From the NCBI RefSeq assembly GCF_000354175.2, contig NC_022349.1, forward strand, positions 2,190,001-2,222,000: a stretch of 32,000 bases of DNA. Direction: 5' to 3'. The position numbers were made by a program, and so were the translations under genes. The notes beneath the pieces were generated by a model. The model saw only the letters and a list, made by a program, of their open reading frames with translations, was not told where the DNA came from and did not search any database. Source of the stretch: Vibrio alginolyticus NBRC 15630 = ATCC 17749. GTDB lineage: Bacteria > Pseudomonadota > Gammaproteobacteria > Enterobacterales > Vibrionaceae. Positions 8,465 to 16,436 of the stretch are shown piece by piece. The number at the start of each line of letters is the position of its first letter. Positions within the stretch are counted from its first letter, which is position 1.

Positions 8465-8481
8465 TGCGTTAACTTATGTCG
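8465..8481 (-). promoter_or_regulatory. Island 17-nt motif copy 3 (TGCGTTAACTTATGTCG), 52 nt upstream of the 83-aa gene start
   Basis: It lies in the divergent intergenic region between 8413 and 8553. CATAAG is followed 16 bp later by TACTAT (plus 8451..8456). Confidence 0.5.
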
Positions 8482-8552
8482 TACCGGATAAGGTTTGTCT
8501 TAAAAATGAGCGAGCTAGCCAGTATCCTGAAACCTCAACAGAGGGGCCTCTC

Positions 8553-8891
8553 ATGCAAGACACTCAACACCAAGAACATTACAGTGAGCAATCCTTTTGG
8601 GATACGCTCAAACGCTACGCCAAGAAAGCTGGTCGTGAGGTAATTGAAACGGCCTTGATCCTTTACTACTGTGCGAAAGACAGCGATACGCCACGTTGGG
8701 CGAAAACCGCAATACTGAGTGCGCTGGGTTACTTTGTCTTACCTATTGATGCCATACCCGATGTATTGGTAGGGGTTGGCTATAGTGATGACATTGGTGT
8801 GTTGATGGCGGCTTTGACTTCGGTAGGGGCGCATGTAAAACAAGAACATAAGCAAGAAGCAAAGCAACAACTGGAAGTCTGGCTAGATTGA
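8553..8891 (+). CDS. DUF1232 / YkvA-family protein
   Basis: DSDTPRWAKTAILSALGYFVLPIDAIPDVLVGVGYSDDIGVLMAAL matches the DUF1232 signature (P.D.IPD....G..DD). I place the start at the ATG at 8553, after GAGGGG at 8541..8546. The track extension from 8397 overlaps the divergent gene. Confidence 0.7.
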   Translation: MQDTQHQEHYSEQSFWDTLKRYAKKAGREVIETALILYYCAKDSDTPRWAKTAILSALGYFVLPIDAIPDVLVGVGYSDDIGVLMAALTSVGAHVKQEHKQEAKQQLEVWLD

Positions 8892-8898
8892 TAAAAAG

Positions 8899-9330
8899 TT
8901 AATGAGAAATCTGAATGTCGTCGTAACACTCCCATTCGACGTACTGAAGAAAGTTTTGCTCCCACATTTGATACAGCTCATCGATACCTGGAGAGCGAAT
9001 GCTTTGCCATCCCGTGGCGACGGTAAAAGCGACTTGATTGCCAAAGTCAAAATCAATGCATCGCTCTAGCTCCGGATAATAGTTCCCCATATACGCAAAA
9101 TCGGTAATGTAGAGAATATCAATCGTTTTACCATTCACAATGTTGAGGCCAATTTCAACCGGATGGTATCCCCCTTCTTCCGCGCTATAGCTTTTGTCTC
9201 GAAAATGGATAGAAAGGGCATAGCTGGTGGACTGTGTTGATTCCATCGAGGCATGACAATGTTGGTTTAATAACGTCAGAAGCTTATTAGAAACAGGCAG
9301 CACTGACGGCGTAAAATTCAGTATAGACAT
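8899..9330 (-). CDS. Conserved island protein, paralogue B (possibly DUF2787 family)
   Basis: 143 aa. It shares G-[YL]HP[VI]EI, an F-[AS]-Y...PEL block and a C-terminal [YF]DDIQ[IL]S with the upstream ORF 9369..9818. Confidence 0.65.
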   Translation of the reverse strand: MSILNFTPSVLPVSNKLLTLLNQHCHASMESTQSTSYALSIHFRDKSYSAEEGGYHPVEIGLNIVNGKTIDILYITDFAYMGNYYPELERCIDFDFGNQVAFTVATGWQSIRSPGIDELYQMWEQNFLQYVEWECYDDIQISH

Positions 9331-9368
9331 GGCTAGATCTCCTAAAAGTGGCCGAAGTTAAAATGTGA

Positions 9369-9818
9369 TCATGAGTGGTGTTCATCGAAGGTTTGAATCA
9401 TCGATAACTGAATGTCATCAAAGAGGGACTGAGTAAGGTGTCGAGAGAGCGCGTTCAGCCAAGTATCTAACAGCGCTTTCACTTGCGGGTGTGCGAGACT
9501 TGCTGCACCGCTATCTGGTTGATAACACCAAAGATTGAAGAGATGAAAGTAGAGTTCAGGCTCCATCTCACTCGGTTTATTTTCCGAATAAGAAAAACTC
9601 GCTAAACAGACGACCTGCCAATCTTCACTGGCCGATGTTCGACGAAATTGAATTTCAATGGGATGAAGCCCCTGCCCCGTCTGGTAATAGCGTTTTTGTC
9701 GACAGTTCAGGACCATACGTTGAGCTTGTGGAGGAATCGAATAACGTTGGACTACCAAAAGCAATGCTCGATGAAAGCCATCCAACAGTTCCAGTTCACC
9801 CGATGTTTTCTGGATCAT
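9369..9818 (-). CDS. Conserved island protein, paralogue A (possibly DUF2787 family)
   Basis: 149 aa. Its start ATG overlaps the TGA that would end the full-length radC-like frame (ATGA at 9818..9815). It shares motifs with 8899..9330. Confidence 0.65.
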   Translation of the reverse strand: MIQKTSGELELLDGFHRALLLVVQRYSIPPQAQRMVLNCRQKRYYQTGQGLHPIEIQFRRTSASEDWQVVCLASFSYSENKPSEMEPELYFHLFNLWCYQPDSGAASLAHPQVKALLDTWLNALSRHLTQSLFDDIQLSMIQTFDEHHS

Positions 9819-10282
9819 AGTAGCCCCCTTTCTGCAAAAGAGATGGCGCTATCACCAACCACGATATGATCAAGAACTCGAATGTCCACCAGCGCCAAAG
9901 CCTCTTTAAGCCTTTGCGTAATTTATTTATCGGCTTGGGAAGGAGTGGCATCGCCAGAAGGGTGATTGTGAGCAAAGATGAGCGCGGCGGCATTGACTTT
10001 TAAAGCCGCTTTGAGGACTTCTCGGGGATAAACACTTGCTGAATCAATTGTGCCAAAGAACAGCTCTTCAAAGGCAATAAGGCGATGCTGATTATCTAAA
10101 AACATCACCGCAAACACCTCTCTTTCATGGTGTTTTAACTTGCAAGATAAATAGGTTTTTGTTGCTTCGGGATTGCAATATTGTTCGCCTCGGAGAGCCC
10201 GTGTGGCAAGGATTTCAGCGGCCGCGTCGAGCACCTTATCTGCTGTAACAGGACCATCAAAATAGTAGTTATTTTCGCGCAT
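9815..10282 (-). pseudogene. radC: RadC-like JAB/MPN domain gene (YeeS/YfjY type) with an in-frame TAA at 9925..9923
   Basis: The ORF ends ..[23 protein letters not shown]. The same frame then continues [38 protein letters not shown], which is the canonical RadC C-terminus. Confidence 0.75.
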
Positions 10283-10430
10283 AAAAAGCTCCTAAAAATG
10301 AAACCGTTGAGGTATGCACGAAGATGATATCTATCTGAAATTGTTTTGATTGCTATGGGTCAAATCATGGTACTTTTATCACTAGTATTCTCAAAGTATT
10401 TATTGATGTCGTTAAATAGGTCTGATCTTT

Positions 10431-12983
10431 ATGGGTAAGTTGAGTATTCCAAGTCGTAATGTAAACCAATTTGTGTATGACTTTTCTCGTTATAATTACA
10501 GTAATGACAAGGAGGAGACGACTACAATTGAACGCGTAAAAAGGATTACTCAAAATGATCGTTCTGATGATGGAATAAAAGAAATTCAGTTAGAGCTTCT
10601 TTGGAATGAACTAACCAAAGAAAAGCGCCAAAAGCCCGCAAGACCTACCCAAAGAACTAACAATAACGACAAGCACAAAAATAAAAGTGAGCAGAAAAAG
10701 GAACACAGAGCTCAAAGGAAGAAAGATGCCGATGCCAGAAAGCTGCAAAAAAAGGCCAACAACCTAGATAGATCCACTTCACGCACACCGAAAACATTCC
10801 AGAGAAAGCCTGAGTCGGCTCAAAAGAGCATGAATAGTTGGTCCAATGCACCATCTTGGAGTGAAGTAAAAAAGCGTTCACCGCAGAATCTAGATCCCAC
10901 GGTTAAAACGAGCCCTATCGACAAGCTTCCTAATGGTCCGGAAAATCGATTAAAACAAAGTATTTCTCTATTAAGCGTTACCGACAAACTACTTTCTGAG
11001 CTTCAGGCAGAACTCGCCATCTATCAGTTGCAATGCGTTTGGAACTGGTCAGATGGAAGTCGGAAATTGGTTTTACGACAAACAGGTACCTCTTTGCCTT
11101 ATGAGACGATTCAAGGTAAGGATGACAAAGAAAAATTAGAGATACTAAAACGGGCATATAGGCTTTTCACTTTCAAGAGCAACTATACTGGTGAGCAAGA
11201 ACAAAGGGTCTCTCTGGAGAAACTCGTTAACTTTATGTGGTCTACTCAAATACTGAGATATTCGAGAGACAAGAAGGTATCTCTTCCAAAGAGCATTAAG
11301 AAAAAATCTTTTGCATTCACCTCAACAACTTCGCTGCTGCATAAACAACTAAGCTGGAAAAACCTTTCAGCCTTAGAAAAAGCAAATCTGATAATTATGA
11401 TTCGTTCAAGGATCGGTTTTGCTAAAACAAAAGAACCTCTAGAGGCTGCGTTAGTGCAACCTGACATCTATGAGCAGTTGTTAAAAGAGCGCCCCGAGCT
11501 CGCTCCATCGCTTTTATCTTCAGACAATCAAAGTCAATCAGATAAAACGGCAAAGCCAACGAAAGAAACCAGCTCAAGTACAGCCAACCAACAAACCTCT
11601 AATGTTGGAGATCCCAATAACGCATTGAGTACCGACGATGAGTTACAATCGAAAGCTCCCTATGGTCCTCATGGACAAGCGAAATCGTTAGAGTTACCCA
11701 GTAATACAGTCCTCAAAACCAGTGATTCATCAATAGATAAAACGTCGGTAAAAGCAAACGCCGAAATCAACGCAACAAAAACAGTTCAGAGCACATTTCG
11801 TTGGCCCTCTACAATTGCAAACGAAGCAGATGGTTCGCTGCCTGAAAGTCAGTGGCCTCAAATGGGGATGCTCAAAGCAGTGGGATACACAGTAGGTGTA
11901 TCTGGTTTGGCAGTCTCTTCTCGACTCAAGTTGCTAAAAAACATTTATTGTGAAGAGTTACCATACGTCGACTCAAAGGCATATGTCGCTGAGTGGGGCT
12001 CCCCAGAAACGGCTACACGATTAAAAAAAATGGCAGAAACACTGGCTGCTCTTGCAAGAAATGCAAAGCGCAAGAGTGCAAACATGGAAGTGGCGATTCG
12101 AGATTGGGAGCATGATCTAACTTGGCTTAAAGATCAATACTACTTGAAGCACAAATATAGCTGGGTCTGGCCAACTTCAACAAATCAAGATGAGAAACCT
12201 CACGTCAAAATTATCAAAAAGGAACCTGTTAAGCTCTATCGTTCTTCCCGAGAGTTTTTAACTGAACAGTACACGAATAAAGCGGGTGAGCTTTGCTGTC
12301 AGGTCTGCCAGTCGGCCCTGCCTTTTAAACTAACTAACGGTGAGTATTTTTGGGAAGAAACATCTATTTCAAAACAACTGGACTCATCACCCTTCTCTGA
12401 TTTAGTGCTCTGCCCGAACCATAGGGCGATGTATGAGCACGCGAATGAGAGCGAAGCACAGTTGATCGAACAAATAACAGCAGGGAAAGTAAAAGAGCTC
12501 TCATTGAAGCTGGCAGGGAAATCAGAAAAGCTTTTCATAACCAGTGATCACTTAAAACAATTACTGCCTGCTGTAATAAAACTCCAATCAGAGGTTTCTC
12601 CATATTCTCAGGTTAGCAAAGGGCTAATGAATGTCAGAAATCTGTACCTATATGAAAGTGATGGGTATTGGCACTTAACGTCTAAGAAACGCGCAATTTT
12701 GATATCGCGACCGTCAAAAAATGAAGTAATTGAATGGCTAGAAGGCTTTGATAAATTACGAAACTTCTCTCAACCCTCAAATGTCAAAGAGCAAGAGCCA
12801 CCTGCAAAAAAGATAAAGGTTAAACCTCTAGCTAAGGGGCCTTCAGCGATACGCTTTGGTACAACAAAAAAGGTTACGCAAACCAGTTCCTATAAAACGG
12901 GCTATAAACTTTGTTCCGTCTGCAATGGAGATGGTGGTGTCAATGGAGGCTGTTGGAAATGCGAAGGATCTGGCTGGATGTAA
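10431..12983 (+). CDS. Large orphan protein (850 aa): disordered basic and S/T/Q-rich linkers, CxxC..CPNH zinc ribbon, C-terminal 2x CxxCxGxG zinc finger
   Basis: A single long ORF with no competing frame. C622/C623-C626...C661-P-N-H664 lies at nt 12294..12425. CSVCNGDGGVNGGCWKCEGSG lies at aa 828..848 (nt 12912..12980). No family was recognised. Confidence 0.7.
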   Translation: MGKLSIPSRNVNQFVYDFSRYNYSNDKEETTTIERVKRITQNDRSDDGIKEIQLELLWNELTKEKRQKPARPTQRTNNNDKHKNKSEQKKEHRAQRKKDADARKLQKKANNLDRSTSRTPKTFQRKPESAQKSMNSWSNAPSWSEVKKRSPQNLDPTVKTSPIDKLPNGPENRLKQSISLLSVTDKLLSELQAELAIYQLQCVWNWSDGSRKLVLRQTGTSLPYETIQGKDDKEKLEILKRAYRLFTFKSNYTGEQEQRVSLEKLVNFMWSTQILRYSRDKKVSLPKSIKKKSFAFTSTTSLLHKQLSWKNLSALEKANLIIMIRSRIGFAKTKEPLEAALVQPDIYEQLLKERPELAPSLLSSDNQSQSDKTAKPTKETSSSTANQQTSNVGDPNNALSTDDELQSKAPYGPHGQAKSLELPSNTVLKTSDSSIDKTSVKANAEINATKTVQSTFRWPSTIANEADGSLPESQWPQMGMLKAVGYTVGVSGLAVSSRLKLLKNIYCEELPYVDSKAYVAEWGSPETATRLKKMAETLAALARNAKRKSANMEVAIRDWEHDLTWLKDQYYLKHKYSWVWPTSTNQDEKPHVKIIKKEPVKLYRSSREFLTEQYTNKAGELCCQVCQSALPFKLTNGEYFWEETSISKQLDSSPFSDLVLCPNHRAMYEHANESEAQLIEQITAGKVKELSLKLAGKSEKLFITSDHLKQLLPAVIKLQSEVSPYSQVSKGLMNVRNLYLYESDGYWHLTSKKRAILISRPSKNEVIEWLEGFDKLRNFSQPSNVKEQEPPAKKIKVKPLAKGPSAIRFGTTKKVTQTSSYKTGYKLCSVCNGDGGVNGGCWKCEGSGWM

Positions 12984-13643
12984 AATAGACATCTACCTGC
13001 ATATGGGCAGAACAAGCAAAATTTCTTCGTTGAACAAAAACGATAGAACTCATATTGTTTTTCAGGGGAGGGGGTAGTGGAAGCATTCAACCTTAATGCA
13101 GCTAAACCACAGGACAAACGAGGAAACTTCAAGTTTGAACGGCTTACTACTGATATCGAAAGCGCCTACTACCTACTAGTAGACCTGTAGTGTTATTGCA
13201 CAACTTCCTTTGATTTCTGAGGATTATCAGTACAGTTTTCCTAGTAAACCGACTCTCAACCCCAATTCACCTTTTTTGTAATTGGCAAAAAACAAGATAG
13301 AAAAACTAGCTTAAGCCGAGGTCCAGCAAGTTCTATGGTCCTTCTAAAATCCACAAGGATAAATAAACTATAGCGGTCCAGATTACTGGCAGAACTCGGT
13401 CGGTAAATCACTTAAGGAAATTGAGGCGGAATCCATTTAATGGTATCAGACGCATAAATCATTAGAAACAAGCAAGGGAAGCCAACGCAATATCCTATAG
13501 AGATCATTGTCCCCTTCCCTATTTTCCCCTATCCTCTGCCCACAAAACTCCCTCGCGTGTGATGCACACACAACAAGCAACACCACCACATCACATGAAC
13601 AAAGGGAAAGCATTTTTAAATGAATTTTTCAGGAAAAACTATA

Positions 13644-15203
13644 ATGACAAGTTTAGAACAGCGTAGAGAACTTCAACGCCAGATATGGGCAATTGCCAAC
13701 GATGTACGCGGCTCTGTCGATGGGTGGGATTTCAAACAATACGTACTCGGCACCTTGTTCTACCGTTTCATTAGCGAAAACTTTGTTGATTATATTACCG
13801 GTGGCGACGATAGCATCGACTACGCAGCAATGAACGATAACGATGAAAACATCCTTGCCGCTCAAGATGATGCGATTCGTACCAAGGGCTACTTTATTTT
13901 TCCAAGCCAATTGTTTAGTAACGTTGCCGCCAATGCGCACAAGAACGAAAATTTAAACACTGACCTAGCTGCCATTTTTGCGGCAATTGAAAACTCAGCG
14001 AATGGCTACGATTCAGAAAAAGACATCAAAGGCTTGTTTGCTGATTTTGACACCACCAGCAACCGCCTTGGTAACACTGTAGAAGCCAAGAACAAACGAC
14101 TATCTGCCGTACTAAAACGAGTTTCAGCGCTCAACTTCGGCAGCTTCGAAGACAATCAAATCGATCTGTTTGGTGATGCTTACGAGTTCTTAATTTCCAA
14201 CTACGCGGCCAATGCAGGTAAATCCGGTGGTGAGTTCTTCACGCCTCAAAACGTTTCAAAACTGATCGCTCAGCTCGCAATGCATGGCCAAAACAGAGTG
14301 AACAAAATATACGACCCCGCTTGTGGCTCTGGTTCACTATTGCTACAGGCCAAAAAGCACTTTGATAACCATATCATCGAAGAAGGCTTCTTTGGTCAAG
14401 AGCTCAATCACACCACCTACAACTTGGCACGTATGAACATGTTTTTGCACAACATCAACTACGACAAGTTTGATATCCAACTGGGTGATACCTTAATCGA
14501 GCCACATTTTCTCGATGATAAACCATTCGATGCTATCGTCTCTAACCCACCTTACTCTGTGAAATGGCGTGGCAGTGACGATCCAACACTCATCAATGAT
14601 GACCGCTTTGCACCTGCTGGTGTACTTGCGCCCAAATCCAAAGCCGACTTTGCCTTTGTGCTGCATGCGCTAAGTTACCTATCAAGCAAAGGCCGTGCGG
14701 CAATTGTTTGCTTCCCTGGTATTTTCTACCGTGGTGGCGCTGAGCAGAAAATTCGCCAATACCTAGTGGATAACAACTACGTAGAAACTGTGATTTCGCT
14801 GGCACCTAACCTGTTCTTTGGCACCACCATTGCGGTAAATATTTTAGTGCTGTCTAAACACAAAACCGACACCACCACTCAGTTTATTGATGCCAGTGGC
14901 TTGTTTAAAAAAGAAACCAATAACAACGTGCTGACCGACCAACACATTGAAGACATCATCAAAGTGTTTGCCAGCAAAGAAAACGTGGACCACCTTGCTA
15001 AATCCGTTGATTTGGATGTTATCGCAGGCAATAGCTACAACCTATCGGTGAGCAGTTATGTAGAAGCTAAAGACAACCGCGAGTTAGTGAATATTGCAGA
15101 GCTTAATACAGAGCTTAAAACTACCGTCGCTAAAATCGAAGCGCTTCGCAGTGATATTGATGCCATTGTGGCAGAGATTGAAGGTGAGGAGGTTGAGGTA
15201 TGA
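13644..15203 (+). CDS. hsdM: Type I (IC family) restriction-modification methyltransferase subunit HsdM
   Basis: [57 protein letters not shown] and the NPPY motif (SNPPYS) are present. It is near-collinear with EcoR124I HsdM as I recall it. I chose the start at 13644 (AGGA at 13631); the track ATG at 13620 is an alternative. Confidence 0.92.
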   Translation: MTSLEQRRELQRQIWAIANDVRGSVDGWDFKQYVLGTLFYRFISENFVDYITGGDDSIDYAAMNDNDENILAAQDDAIRTKGYFIFPSQLFSNVAANAHKNENLNTDLAAIFAAIENSANGYDSEKDIKGLFADFDTTSNRLGNTVEAKNKRLSAVLKRVSALNFGSFEDNQIDLFGDAYEFLISNYAANAGKSGGEFFTPQNVSKLIAQLAMHGQNRVNKIYDPACGSGSLLLQAKKHFDNHIIEEGFFGQELNHTTYNLARMNMFLHNINYDKFDIQLGDTLIEPHFLDDKPFDAIVSNPPYSVKWRGSDDPTLINDDRFAPAGVLAPKSKADFAFVLHALSYLSSKGRAAIVCFPGIFYRGGAEQKIRQYLVDNNYVETVISLAPNLFFGTTIAVNILVLSKHKTDTTTQFIDASGLFKKETNNNVLTDQHIEDIIKVFASKENVDHLAKSVDLDVIAGNSYNLSVSSYVEAKDNRELVNIAELNTELKTTVAKIEALRSDIDAIVAEIEGEEVEV

Positions 15204-16435
15204 ACAACCTAACCTATTTAGAGAAACTGTTGGATGGTGTTGATGTTGAATGGAAAAAATTAACTGATGTTTTTCAGCTTAAAAATGGGTATACACCATC
15301 AAAATCAAAAAAAGAATTCTGGGAAAATGGAACTGTTCCATGGTTTAGAATGGATGACATCCGAGAAAATGGCCAAGTCCTTGATGGCTCGCTTCAAAAA
15401 GTCTCAGAGAGCGCAATCAAAGGTGGAAAGCTATTTCCTGCAAATTCAATAATAATTGCTACATCAGCAACCATTGGAGAGCACGCTTTGGTTCGTGTTC
15501 CATTTTTAGCAAATCAGAGATTTACCAATTTAAGTTTAAAGCCTGACTATAAAGACACTTTTAATAGCAAGTTTATTTTCTATTACTGCTTTATTTTGGC
15601 AGATTGGTGTAAAAAAAACACAACCATGTCCAGCTTTGCATCTGTTGATATGGATGGATTTAAAAAATTTCTTTTCCCCATCCCATGCCCTGACAACCCA
15701 GAAAAATCGTTAGCAATACAAGCCGAAATTGTGCGTATTCTGGATGCATTCACTGAGCTGACCGCTGAGCTGACCGCTGAGCTTAACCTACGCAAAAAAC
15801 AGTACAACTACTACCGAGATAAGTTGTTGAGTTTTAAATATGATGAGGTTGAGTGGAAGACGTTGGAGGAGGTCGCGCACTTTGCAAATGGAAAAGGGCA
15901 TGAGAAAGATATATCAGAAGATGGCAAATTTATTGTTGTAAATTCGAAGTTCATCTCCACAGATGGTTTAGTTGCTAAGTACTCACATAGCCAAATATGC
16001 CCTCTCTTTAAAGACGATATTCTACTCGTAATGAGTGATCTACCCAATGGCAAAGCTCTCTCAAAAACATTTCTTGTAGATGAAGACGAAAAGTACACGT
16101 TAAATCAGCGTATAGGACGGATCACCGTTAAAGATAAGTCTGAAATGTTGCCTAAATTTTTACACTATTTTTTAGATAGAACACCGCAGTTGTTAAAACA
16201 CAATAATGGCGTTGATCAAACAAATTTACGTAAAGGGCAGATCCTTGAAGTTAAGGTACCAATTATTTCACTCCAAAAACAGACGCATATAGTTAATATC
16301 TTAGATAAATTTGATAAGCTCACAAAATCGCTTTCGGAAGGTCTCCCACGCGAAATCGAGTTACGCCAAAAGCAATACGAGTATTATCGCGACTTGTTGT
16401 TGAGCTTCCCTAAATCGAATGAGGGGGCGGCGTAG
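15200..16435 (+). CDS. hsdS: Type IC specificity subunit HsdS with two TAEL repeats in the central conserved region
   Basis: ATGA overlap with hsdM. The conserved type IC regions are present: [65 protein letters not shown] and [24 protein letters not shown]. Two variable TRDs lie between them. Confidence 0.92.
   Translation: MNNLTYLEKLLDGVDVEWKKLTDVFQLKNGYTPSKSKKEFWENGTVPWFRMDDIRENGQVLDGSLQKVSESAIKGGKLFPANSIIIATSATIGEHALVRVPFLANQRFTNLSLKPDYKDTFNSKFIFYYCFILADWCKKNTTMSSFASVDMDGFKKFLFPIPCPDNPEKSLAIQAEIVRILDAFTELTAELTAELNLRKKQYNYYRDKLLSFKYDEVEWKTLEEVAHFANGKGHEKDISEDGKFIVVNSKFISTDGLVAKYSHSQICPLFKDDILLVMSDLPNGKALSKTFLVDEDEKYTLNQRIGRITVKDKSEMLPKFLHYFLDRTPQLLKHNNGVDQTNLRKGQILEVKVPIISLQKQTHIVNILDKFDKLTKSLSEGLPREIELRQKQYEYYRDLLLSFPKSNEGAA
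15752..15784 (+). repeat. 12-bp tandem repeat ACCGCTGAGCTG/T x2 (plus a partial copy ACTGAGCTG) encoding [11 protein letters not shown] in hsdS
   Basis: Read directly: actgagctg accgctgagctg accgctgagctt. Confidence 0.9.
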
Positions 16436-16436
16436 T

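Noticed and set aside
8397-8552. N-terminal extension of the DUF1232 ORF (track start 8397)
   Set aside because: It overlaps the divergent 83-aa gene start and the promoter region. The family-like sequence and a GAGGGG RBS begin at the ATG at 8553.
9635-9993. ORFs 9635..9820, 9648..9869 (+) and 9796..9993 (-)
   Set aside because: The first two are antisense to paralogue A. The third is an out-of-frame read across the radC C-terminal region, whose true frame is the one continuing after the TAA.
10365-10553. 62-aa minus-strand ORF at the 5' end of the 850-aa gene
   Set aside because: It overlaps the promoter and start of the long ORF and has AT-rich, low-complexity composition with no RBS.
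10657-12538. Minus-strand ORFs 10657..10881, 11246..11467 and 12299..12538
   Set aside because: Antisense within the 850-aa ORF.
12856-13132. ORFs 12856..13077 (+) and 12902..13132 (-)
   Set aside because: They overlap the 3' end of the 850-aa ORF in other frames, with no RBS or recognisable sequence features.
13511-13541. C/T-rich tract (CCCCTTCCCTATTTTCCCCTATCCTCTGCCC) upstream of hsdM
   Set aside because: It is a single copy with no repeat partner or obvious structure, so there is not enough to call a regulatory element. It is mentioned only within the non-coding-gap finding.
13653-16098. Antisense or alternative-frame ORFs inside hsdM and hsdS (13653..13940, 14593..14805, 15267..15452, 15583..15807, 15811..16098)
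   Set aside because: They overlap strongly supported type IC subunit genes.
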